This document shows, piece after piece, positions 1 to 7,335 of a DNA stretch of 32,000 nucleotides. This DNA comes from Candidatus Micrarchaeum sp. (GTDB lineage Archaea; Micrarchaeota; Micrarchaeia; Micrarchaeales; Micrarchaeaceae): assembly GCF_016806735.1 (NCBI RefSeq), contig NZ_CP060530.1, positions 120,001 to 152,000 on the forward strand. Direction: 5' to 3'. Position 1 is the stretch's first letter. Every line of letters begins with the position of its first letter. A program made the position numbers and the translations under genes. The notes beneath the pieces were generated by a model that saw only the letters and a list, made by a program, of their open reading frames with translations, made no database searches and was not told the origin of the DNA.

Positions 1-1114
1 CTACAGAATCCTCAGCCATCTCGAACTTTTTATTGTCCCAACGCGGCATCTTTATCGCAATATAATCCAGACTGGGCTCAAAATATGCGCTTGTGCTGTG
101 TGAAATCTCGTTTTGCAGTTCGTGAAGCCTGTATCCAAGCGCCAGCTTTGCCGCTACATACGCTATCGGATACCCTGTCACCTTGCTTGCTAGCGCAGAG
201 GACCTTGACATCCTCGGGTTGGTTTCTATCACGAAAAATTCGTAGCTGTTTGGATTTAGAGCAAATTGCACGTTGCATTCTCCTATTAAGCTTATCGATT
301 CGGCTACGCGTATTGCCATGCTTCGCATCTCCTGGTATATGTAGTTGTCCAAGGTCTGAGCGGGAGCTACTACTACCGATTCTCCGGTATGCGTGCCCAT
401 AGGGTCCAGGTTTTCGAGGCACGCGATTATGGCAGTATTTCCATCTTTGTCCCTCATTACTTCGTATTCGAGCTCTTTCCAGCCGCTAAGGTACTTTTCA
501 ACAAGCGCTTCACCTGTTCCGCTCTGCGCAAACGCTCTTGATATTGAGTTTTCGAACTCCTCCAAGCTATGTGCTATGAAAGAACCCCGGCCTCCTAAAT
601 TGAAGCTTACCCTGCACATTACCGGGAATCCGAGCTTCTTGGCAGCATCAATCCCCTCCTCGGCGCTTCTGACCCCGAAGCTAGGGGGAACCGGTATTTT
701 GAGCTTCCTCATCAGCCTTTGGAAATCCGCCCTTCCCAGCGCATTTTTAATCCCGTCAGGAGACGTGCCAAGAAATTCTACCCCTTTGGCCTGCAGAAAT
801 CCTTCGTCCCAAAGCTCTAGGCATGCGCTGAGTGCTGTCTGCCCGCCGAACCCCGGCAGTATCGCATCCGGCTTTTCTTTCTCTATTACGCGCTTGATAT
901 ATTCGGAAGATATTGGCAATATGTAAACAGAATCCGCCATTGTGTAGCTGGTCTGCACGGTAGCCACGTTTGGGTTTAGCACAATGCTCTTAATTCCGGA
1001 ATCCCTGAGCGCACGCAGCGCCTGGGAACTGCTGTAGTCGAATTCCGCTGCCTCTGCTACCTTTATGCCTCCAGAGCCTATGAGCAGTACCTTATTTTTC
1101 TTATCTTTTTCCAC
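1..1114 (-). CDS. carB: carbamoyl-phosphate synthase large subunit, N-terminal part (continues beyond the left edge)
   Basis: Absent from the ORF track because it has no stop in the window. Reverse-strand translation from GTG at 1114 reads [67 protein letters not shown], a typical CarB N-terminus. At the window edge the same frame reads [19 protein letters not shown]. The GTG overlaps the carA 3' end by 14 nt. Confidence 0.85.
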   Translation of the reverse strand, partial: MEKDKKNKVLLIGSGGIKVAEAAEFDYSSSQALRALRDSGIKSIVLNPNVATVQTSYTMADSVYILPISSEYIKRVIEKEKPDAILPGFGGQTALSACLELWDEGFLQAKGVEFLGTSPDGIKNALGRADFQRLMRKLKIPVPPSFGVRSAEEGIDAAKKLGFPVMCRVSFNLGGRGSFIAHSLEEFENSISRAFAQSGTGEALVEKYLSGWKELEYEVMRDKDGNTAIIACLENLDPMGTHTGESVVVAPAQTLDNYIYQEMRSMAIRVAESISLIGECNVQFALNPNSYEFFVIETNPRMSRSSALASKVTGYPIAYVAAKLALGYRLHELQNEISHSTSAYFEPSLDYIAIKMPRWDNKKFEMAEDSV

Positions 1115-2198
1115 TGATAAAACCTTTTACTGCAGAATCGAAGAGCTCAAATATTCTAAATCCGTCTTTAGTTCCAGGCCTTGCCTCAGGATGGAATTGC
1201 GCCGTAATGACGTTATGCCTTTTGATTGTCATTCCTTCTATGGTTCTGTCGTCAAGCGAAACATGTGAAATCTCAACGCCGTCAGGCACATCTCCAAAAA
1301 CCGCATAGCCATGGTTGTGCGTCGTTATCATGCACTTTCCTGTATGCAATTCCATTACTCCTTTGTTTATTGCCCTGTGCCCGAAGTCCATTTTCCTTAT
1401 CTCCATTCCCGATGCCATGGCTATAAGCTGATGTCCCAAGCATATGCCCAAAACCGGTATGTTATGTTCCATCAGCTTAGCAACGGTTTCGGTCTCTCTG
1501 CTTAGCAGCAATGGGTTTCCGGGCCCGTTGGTCAGAACTATGCCCATTGGGTCGTAGGAGAGTACCTGTTCTTCGGTTGCATCATGCGGCAACCTGACTA
1601 TTGAATATCCCATCGAATATATGCATTCCAAAATTCCTTCCTTCAAGCCATAATCTATGACTGCAATTCTTGGCCCTTTGTTCTCGTAAATTAATGGTTG
1701 TTTTATCGATACCATGTCTACAAAATTTATGCTTTCGTAATCTCTGACTTTATTAAACTCTTTCGAACTAGAAATGATGCCTGCCATTGTGCCCTTCTCA
1801 CGTATGTGCAGTGCAAGAGCCCGCGTATCTATTCCGGATATTCCCGGAACGTTCTCATCATCGAGCCATCTCTCAAGGCTTTTTTCAGAATTCCATTCCG
1901 AGCCATTGGTTATCTCGCCTACTATCAGCCCAGAAACCTGTATATCTTCAGATTCAAAATTAGTGAGTATTCCGTTACGCCTGATTTTTTCCGGCACACC
2001 ATAATTCCCTACGAGTGGATGTGTTATTGCGAGAATCTGGCCTTTATAAGACGGATCAGAGAGCGATTCAACGTATCCGTTCATTGAAGTAGTAAAGACT
2101 ACTTCGCCTTCTGCATCAGAATGGGAGCCAAAGCGGGTTCCAGGATAAACAGAACCGTCTTCAAGAACGAGGTAAGCTGCATCGTTTCTCTCAGACAT
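1101..2198 (-). CDS. carA: carbamoyl-phosphate synthase small (glutamine amidotransferase) subunit
   Basis: 365-aa ORF. The N-terminus [15 protein letters not shown]...[38 protein letters not shown] is the CarA signature. The class-I GATase nucleophile context is GICLGHQL. It lies directly upstream of carB. Confidence 0.95.
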   Translation of the reverse strand: MSERNDAAYLVLEDGSVYPGTRFGSHSDAEGEVVFTTSMNGYVESLSDPSYKGQILAITHPLVGNYGVPEKIRRNGILTNFESEDIQVSGLIVGEITNGSEWNSEKSLERWLDDENVPGISGIDTRALALHIREKGTMAGIISSSKEFNKVRDYESINFVDMVSIKQPLIYENKGPRIAVIDYGLKEGILECIYSMGYSIVRLPHDATEEQVLSYDPMGIVLTNGPGNPLLLSRETETVAKLMEHNIPVLGICLGHQLIAMASGMEIRKMDFGHRAINKGVMELHTGKCMITTHNHGYAVFGDVPDGVEISHVSLDDRTIEGMTIKRHNVITAQFHPEARPGTKDGFRIFELFDSAVKGFISGKR

Positions 2199-2246
2199 CT
2201 AATCTGTATAGGGATTTAACTGTACTATTATAAATATACTATGCAA

Positions 2247-3254
2247 TCAGCCATAGTATCCGAAAGTCCCAAGAACCTTTATGTATGGCGTGCTCTGGGA
2301 TATTGAGGTATAATATTCCAGTGTTAGGTTTCCTAATACTGAATTATTTACTTCCTTCACTCCTCCAATTTTGACTTTAACTAAGCTATTGGTGCTAAAG
2401 TTTCCTATGTAATATGACGGATCCACAGTGCTCAGGTTTTGACCGAACGGTACAAAGAACAGCCTGCTCTTTATCATGCTAATCCCTGTAGACTGGGCTA
2501 CACCTGCAGAAATAACTCCGTTGGAGAAAGAAGTATTTGAGCATACGAATCCGGTATTCGGGATGCAGTATGAAGATATCGCAGGGCTTGTACTGCTTAA
2601 CACCGGCAGCAAGAAGATAAATTCTATCGCAACAATTATTATGCTCAGTACTATACCGGATATCAATATGCCTCCGAAGGCTCTCCATCCGCTTACCTGC
2701 TGCTGCCTTGCCATGGATATTATCAAAACGATAAAGCTCCATATTGATGCCACAATTGCAACTACCTCGCCCAAAATAGGTATGAAAAAGGCCCACATCA
2801 ACAGCATTGCGGGAAAAGTCGCATACATGGTGGCCGTTATGGTTTTTGATATGTCATTTTTCCAAAGCTTGAAAAGCGTTTTCGCAAAGAAATGGTATAT
2901 TGCCCCGTCAACGATTATGCCTATTGGTATGAGCAGCAGTACGTAAGCAAGCCCAAGCACTGCGCCGAATATTCCCATGAGCGCAGGTGCATAAGCTGCT
3001 ATCCCACTCAAAAACGGGCTAAACGCGCCGAATATTCCCAAGGCAATGCTTCCGAATGCAAATAGCAGAACAAATCCAAGAACTGCTGCAGCTATTGCTG
3101 GGATTATTGCCGCTTTATAATAGAATGCTATGGCATCGCCTACGCCGTAGCTCTGATTTACACTGCTAGGATGCAGAGCTATATCCAAAGCTTTTTTGGT
3201 ATAGCCCCAGAACGAAAGCCCCTTATTATTCGTTGCGCCGTTTGTCAAACCCAT
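2247..3254 (-). CDS. polytopic membrane protein (Yip1-like hydrophobic core) with C-terminal extracytoplasmic Cys-loop domain
   Basis: 335-aa ORF. About five long hydrophobic segments span residues 45-220. A ~115-aa tail follows, with C-IPNTGFV-C and several N-x-S/T sequons. I recognise no enzymatic motif. Confidence 0.6.
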   Translation of the reverse strand: MGLTNGATNNKGLSFWGYTKKALDIALHPSSVNQSYGVGDAIAFYYKAAIIPAIAAAVLGFVLLFAFGSIALGIFGAFSPFLSGIAAYAPALMGIFGAVLGLAYVLLLIPIGIIVDGAIYHFFAKTLFKLWKNDISKTITATMYATFPAMLLMWAFFIPILGEVVAIVASIWSFIVLIISMARQQQVSGWRAFGGILISGIVLSIIIVAIEFIFLLPVLSSTSPAISSYCIPNTGFVCSNTSFSNGVISAGVAQSTGISMIKSRLFFVPFGQNLSTVDPSYYIGNFSTNSLVKVKIGGVKEVNNSVLGNLTLEYYTSISQSTPYIKVLGTFGYYG

Positions 3255-3311
3255 ACAATCACTAATCGTTGAATAATCTCAAACAAGCTATAAATATGTT
3301 GCCTTTTCATC

Positions 3312-3956
3312 TCAGCTGTGCAAAGCCTCGAAGATTTCAGCAATTCCCCTTATGAGTATGTAGGCCGTAAGTATGCCTATAAGCACATAGCCTATCCAGA
3401 GCGGGTATGAAAGCACGTACACAAGCACCAGGTATGCGAAGGTTACGAACTTGGTTATCTGTATGCCTGCCCTGCTTACGTTCGAAGCGTAGAGAGCGCG
3501 CGCAATCCTGGAATGCATCTTTGAAGATGTACCTCTCGCGCCGAGCAACGCATCGGCAAACGAGTGCCTTATGATTATTATGAAGAGTACGAACAGCGGG
3601 ACTATGTGGAGGAAAGTGAATGTGACCCATAGAACATATTCGCTTATCCTGTCTCCTGCTATGTCTATTCTTGGGCCGTAAGGCGCATTTTCGCTCACGT
3701 GCTGCTTGATTTTGTGTACTACCTCCCACTCCTTTTTGTTTCCGGTTGCGGCCCTGACATAAGTTATGAAGCCGATTTTTCCATTGCTCTCCTCTCTAAC
3801 TGCGAAATATCCATCTATCGCATCGGAGAGCATCGCAATTGCAAGCAGTATTATTATCGCGAATGCGTCGAATTTTGCAATCACCAAGTAAGCGACAACT
3901 ATTATAAGTGCGGTTCTGATGTATGTAACCAGGTCAGCGCTCCTTATTTTCGTCAA
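3312..3956 (-). CDS. CDP-alcohol phosphatidyltransferase family protein (atypical, split motif)
   Basis: 214-aa polytopic ORF. It contains SDAIDGYFAVRE (D-G-x2-A-x-R) and further on GPRIDIAGD (G-x3-D-x3-D). These are the two halves of the CDP-OH transferase signature, separated by 39 residues instead of 8. Confidence 0.65.
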   Translation of the reverse strand: MTKIRSADLVTYIRTALIIVVAYLVIAKFDAFAIIILLAIAMLSDAIDGYFAVREESNGKIGFITYVRAATGNKKEWEVVHKIKQHVSENAPYGPRIDIAGDRISEYVLWVTFTFLHIVPLFVLFIIIIRHSFADALLGARGTSSKMHSRIARALYASNVSRAGIQITKFVTFAYLVLVYVLSYPLWIGYVLIGILTAYILIRGIAEIFEALHS

Positions 3957-3982
3957 GACACCTTTTGGATTTATATCGATCT

Positions 3983-4957
3983 TTATTGTATGTAATTCCT
4001 TTTGATATTCAGCTTCCTGAAAGGCATTATACCCTTCAGCGCTTTTAGGATTCTAGCGCTTGTAATGCTAACATTATCTTTTCCAAAAGCCCTTATATGT
4101 TTTTCTACGGTATTCTCAACCGCATCCTCTTCATTCTTGAAGATCCCAATGCCTAAAAATTTGTAACTTCCGCTAAGCAGCGAAATGTTCTGGAATGTAT
4201 TGAGGATTCCCAATTTATCGGCATCGAAATAATCATAGAGCCTCAGGCTTGCCTTGTACCTCGTTTTGCTGTTGAAAACATAGTTTGACAGGTATGCAAT
4301 AGCATAGGATCGCGTCGGTTTCTGCGACGCTACCGTAAAACGCCTTATAATTCCTTCTTCTGCAAGCTTCCTCATCCTGTATCTTATGGTCTCTCCGTTT
4401 ATGCGGGTTTTTTGTCCCAGCTCTTTAATGCTAGCGCGTGAATTGGTGTTTAGCTCTGTTATAAGCATTTTGTCCTCATCATTCAGTCCTGATGCAGTAA
4501 CAAAGCCGTTATCCACCGGAAAAAATCCGAAGCGCATCTTTGCGATTTCCGAAGCCATTAATTTTGGCCTGTATTCGCATATCTGGTCTATGAACGAGTT
4601 TTCCCAGCCGAAGTATTCCGCGCTTGTCTTGGAAAGCACCTGCAGCATAATGTCGAAATCTCCCTTGCACGAGCAGGCGAAATTTATTCCAGGATTGCGG
4701 CTTATTATATCCTCTATTTTTTCGAAATCGGCCTTTTTTCCAAGTTTTACAATTACGTTGTGCATTACTGGATATCCTAGCTTGGCTTCGTCGAGCTCCA
4801 GTACGAATTTAAGCCCGAGCCCTTCGGTCAGGCTTTCGAGTATTTTCGATGTAGAAGGTCTCGAAACTCCGGATATCCTGGAAAGGTCCGAAATGCTAAT
4901 TCTGGAATTTGTGCTCAGGAGTTCTGTTATTATTTCGCTGGCGCCCTGCAGTTTCAT
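3983..4957 (-). CDS. fused tandem Lrp/AsnC-type protein (two HTH + ligand-domain modules)
   Basis: 324-aa ORF. Module 1 is IITELLSTNSRISISDLSRISGVSRPSTSKILESL. Module 2 is DEDKMLITELNTNSRASIKELGQKTRINGETIRYRMRKLAEEGIIRRFT. Each is followed by an ~80-aa alpha/beta-like segment. Its ATG (4957) abuts the cysN stop codon (4958-4960). Confidence 0.75.
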   Translation of the reverse strand: MKLQGASEIITELLSTNSRISISDLSRISGVSRPSTSKILESLTEGLGLKFVLELDEAKLGYPVMHNVIVKLGKKADFEKIEDIISRNPGINFACSCKGDFDIMLQVLSKTSAEYFGWENSFIDQICEYRPKLMASEIAKMRFGFFPVDNGFVTASGLNDEDKMLITELNTNSRASIKELGQKTRINGETIRYRMRKLAEEGIIRRFTVASQKPTRSYAIAYLSNYVFNSKTRYKASLRLYDYFDADKLGILNTFQNISLLSGSYKFLGIGIFKNEEDAVENTVEKHIRAFGKDNVSITSARILKALKGIMPFRKLNIKRNYIQ

Positions 4958-6178
4958 CTATCCAAGCACCTTTTCCACAACCCCTATCCCTGCAAACTTG
5001 CCGGCGCTGTAGACAACGAACCTGCCCAGGTCCCTAAAGCTCGAAAATTCTTCAACCGCTATCTTTTTTTCCAGCCTTATTATGCACTCTGCAGCGTCCA
5101 GGGCTTTTGGCTTTTGCGTATTCTTGGGTTTTCCTGTGACGGTGTCTATAATTTTGTCCAGGCTTATCCTCGCCTTGGTTCCATTGCCGTTGAACCTGAG
5201 CTCAACGCTACCGTTTACCGGTTTTACGAAGAAAAGCATGGTGCTTATGGCGTTTGCAGACTTTGTCATGTTGGTATTGCTTATTACCTCGCCGCGCATG
5301 TTGCCCATATCCTGCGATATGTTTATCGCTATGTTCTCCTCTGCCTTCGCGCTGCGTGCCTCCCTGCCTTTAACATAAAGCCTTTTTACGGTTGCCTTCT
5401 TGTTGATCGGCAGTATCCTTATGCTTGAACCTATTTCTATGGTGCCGCTCAGCACCTTAGCCGTGTACGCAGTTCCGTTTTCCGTCTCTAGCGTTCCCTG
5501 GATTATCGCCCTGAGCGGCATCTTTCCAGTAGAACTCTTCGTATGGCACGTAAGGAGCAGTTCCATGAGGGGCTTGCCTCTGTACCAGTGCATGTTCTCC
5601 GACTTTGAAACTATGTTCTCCGACTTATACGCGGATATGGGGACGAAGTTTACGCTTTGGGAATGGACACCTATATCGTCAAGATAAGCAGCTATGTCGT
5701 TCTTTATCATTTCATAATCATTCTGCGAATAGCCTATGGTGTCCATCTTGTTGACAGCAACTATGAAATGCCTTATTCCAAGCATTTTAGCAAGAAAAAG
5801 GTGCCTCTTCGTCTGCGGCTTTATGCCCTCATCCTTCGCAGCCGATACTACAAGCACCGCAGTGTTCGCGTAGGATGCCCCGCTAAGCATATTCTTTATC
5901 AGCTCTTCGTGCCCAGGGACGTCTATGAGCTCAAAGGCCTTTCCCATATATTTTATCTGCGCCCTGGCTGTATCTATCGTGAGGCCTCCCTCGCGCTCCT
6001 CGGAAAATGCATCCAGTATGAACGCCGGCTCAAACTGCTTCCCAAGCTTTTTGCTCGTGTTCTTTGCGTCTGCAATGCGTTCCTCGGTGGCGGACCCAGT
6101 GCTCATAAGAAGGGATCCTATCAGTGTGGACTTGCCGTGGTCCTTGTGCCCCAGCATGGTTATCTGTTGGATGTGCAT
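4958..6178 (-). CDS. cysN: sulfate adenylyltransferase subunit 1 (CysN-type EF-Tu-like GTPase, no APS-kinase domain)
   Basis: 406-aa ORF. GTPase motifs are G1 GHKDHGKST, G3 DVPGHEE and G4 NKMD. The overall layout is EF-1alpha/CysN-like. It starts 9 nt downstream of cysD. Confidence 0.85.
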   Translation of the reverse strand: MHIQQITMLGHKDHGKSTLIGSLLMSTGSATEERIADAKNTSKKLGKQFEPAFILDAFSEEREGGLTIDTARAQIKYMGKAFELIDVPGHEELIKNMLSGASYANTAVLVVSAAKDEGIKPQTKRHLFLAKMLGIRHFIVAVNKMDTIGYSQNDYEMIKNDIAAYLDDIGVHSQSVNFVPISAYKSENIVSKSENMHWYRGKPLMELLLTCHTKSSTGKMPLRAIIQGTLETENGTAYTAKVLSGTIEIGSSIRILPINKKATVKRLYVKGREARSAKAEENIAINISQDMGNMRGEVISNTNMTKSANAISTMLFFVKPVNGSVELRFNGNGTKARISLDKIIDTVTGKPKNTQKPKALDAAECIIRLEKKIAVEEFSSFRDLGRFVVYSAGKFAGIGVVEKVLG

Positions 6179-6187
6179 GCGAATACC

Positions 6188-6991
6188 TCACATATAGCCG
6201 AGCGCCCTCAGCTTTTCCATTATGTAGGCCGTCTCCTTGTCTTGCTGCCTTCCGCTCCTTTCTTCAACTTTAGTGTTCTTGAGCTCGTTTATTATCTTGT
6301 CAATGCTGTCGGCGTTTGACTTTATTGGCACAGTGCAGTGCGTGCATCCAAGGCTCCTGTACCTAGTCCCATCCCTGGCGAAGTAGAGGCTGTTTATCGG
6401 TATCTTTTCGCGTTTTATGTAGTTCCATATATCTATCTCGTTCCAGTCAAGCAGCGGGTGCACGCGTATGTGGCCCCCATTGCTCTGCTTTGACGAATAA
6501 TCGTTCCACAGCTCCGCGGGCTGGTTCTTGTACTTCCACTTGAAATCCTTCGTCCTTGGGGATATGTATCTCTCTTTTCCCCTTATCCCATGCTCGTCTC
6601 TCCTTATTGAAACTATCAGGGCATCGAAGCCTTTTTCCCTCATTATCTTCTTGAGCGCTACAGTCTTATTTGCTCCGCAGCAGGCGTACCCAGATATCTC
6701 AGGCTTTATCTCGCTTTTTTGTACTATAAGATCGAGCTTCCACTGCTTTGCCAGTTTCTCCCTGAACTCGTAAGTTTCAGGAAAGTCTATCCCATTGTCA
6801 ATATGTATTACAGGGAATGGCACCTTTCCCATGAAGGCCTTGCGAGCCAGCGCCAGCATTACCGTGCTGTCTTTCCCCATGCTCCAAAGTGCGGCGATGT
6901 TTCCGAAGCGCTCCTTGGCTTCCCTCATTATATATATGCTCTTTTCCTCCAACTCGTCAAGGTTTTGCTCTATCATGTAAACCAGCTCCAT
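6188..6991 (-). CDS. cysD: sulfate adenylyltransferase subunit 2 (PP-loop ATP pyrophosphatase)
   Basis: 267-aa ORF collinear with bacterial CysD. Matching segments include the PP-loop SMGKDSTVML, PFPVIHIDNGIDFPETYEFREKLAKQW, RRDEHGIRGKERYISPR, IRVHPLLDWNEIDIWNYI and RYRSLGC. The family-typical C-terminus is MEKLRALGYM. Confidence 0.9.
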   Translation of the reverse strand: MELVYMIEQNLDELEEKSIYIMREAKERFGNIAALWSMGKDSTVMLALARKAFMGKVPFPVIHIDNGIDFPETYEFREKLAKQWKLDLIVQKSEIKPEISGYACCGANKTVALKKIMREKGFDALIVSIRRDEHGIRGKERYISPRTKDFKWKYKNQPAELWNDYSSKQSNGGHIRVHPLLDWNEIDIWNYIKREKIPINSLYFARDGTRYRSLGCTHCTVPIKSNADSIDKIINELKNTKVEERSGRQQDKETAYIMEKLRALGYM

Positions 6992-7003
6992 TACGTTTAA
7001 TCG

Positions 7004-7231
7004 TCACATATAGCCGAGTGCCCTCAGCTTCTTCACTATTGTGCTGTCTTCGGATTTTTTCCCTCCCTTTTTTGAGTTCAGTTCGGCCGTAGTCTCCCTA
7101 AGGATATATGTTGCGTAATCCGAAACCGAAGAAAATCCCGTGTCCTTTATGCTTTTTTTTATGCTCTCGAACAGCGGCGCAGGTATGGTTATTGTTGTAT
7201 ATTTCCTCTTTTCCTTTTCTGACGAGGCCAT
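7004..7231 (-). CDS. ribbon-helix-helix (CopG/Arc/MetJ-type) DNA-binding protein with CysD-like C-terminal tail
   Basis: RHH pattern: KYTTITIPAPLFESIKKSIKDTGFSSVSDYATYILRE (beta strand, helix, helix). The ORF track extends to ATG 7273, but that codon sits against a TATA element (7277-7284, minus strand). ATG 7231 (MASSEKEKRKY..) or ATG 7258 is therefore more plausible. The gene ends 12 nt upstream of cysD. Confidence 0.6.
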   Translation of the reverse strand: MASSEKEKRKYTTITIPAPLFESIKKSIKDTGFSSVSDYATYILRETTAELNSKKGGKKSEDSTIVKKLRALGYM

Positions 7232-7276
7232 GATATCATCTATGTATTTTAATGTCATAACATAATAATACATTAA

Positions 7277-7284
7277 TATATAAA
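7277..7284 (-). promoter_or_regulatory. TATA box candidate for the RHH-cysDN-lrp operon
   Basis: The minus strand reads TTTATATA inside cctttttatatattaatg. It lies ~50 nt upstream of ATG 7231 and downstream of the oligo-T that follows the preceding gene. Confidence 0.45.
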
Positions 7285-7315
7285 AAGGTTTGTGGCGCGT
7301 GTCTTACGCATTCTG

Positions 7316-7322
7316 AAAAAAA
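7316..7322 (-). terminator. oligo-T terminator after the 600-aa gene
   Basis: T7 on the minus strand, 14 nt after the stop at 7336-7338, preceded by GC-rich ctgcgggc. Archaeal termination commonly uses oligo-T tracts. Confidence 0.5.
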
Positions 7323-7335
7323 GCCCGCAGATGTT

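Noticed and set aside
393-926. Long antisense 'shadow' ORFs opposite well-supported genes. Examples are 393..926 (+), 2476..2946 (+), 4386..5012 (+), 5657..6319 (+), 7448..8038 (+), 11291..11944 (+) and 28178..28702 (+).
   Set aside because: Each lies entirely inside a gene with clear family signatures on the other strand or frame (carB, the membrane protein, lrp/cysN, cysN/cysD, the 600-aa gene, the ABC permease, nuoH). Their translations are low-complexity, Ser/Leu/Pro/Cys-rich and motif-free. This is the usual by-product of codon bias on the opposite strand.
3983-4957. Calling the fused double Lrp-like protein a siroheme decarboxylase (AhbAB/NirDL) because it sits next to sulfate-activation genes.
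   Set aside because: The HTH segments look like ordinary Lrp/AsnC regulators, and I cannot see AhbA/B-specific features by eye. I keep it only as something to test by HMM comparison.
7004-7030. Interpreting the ..LGYM C-terminus as a proteasome-docking HbYX motif.
   Set aside because: HbYX needs a hydrophobic residue before the Tyr, and here it is Gly. The tail is a conserved CysD family feature, so a CysDN-related role is more parsimonious.
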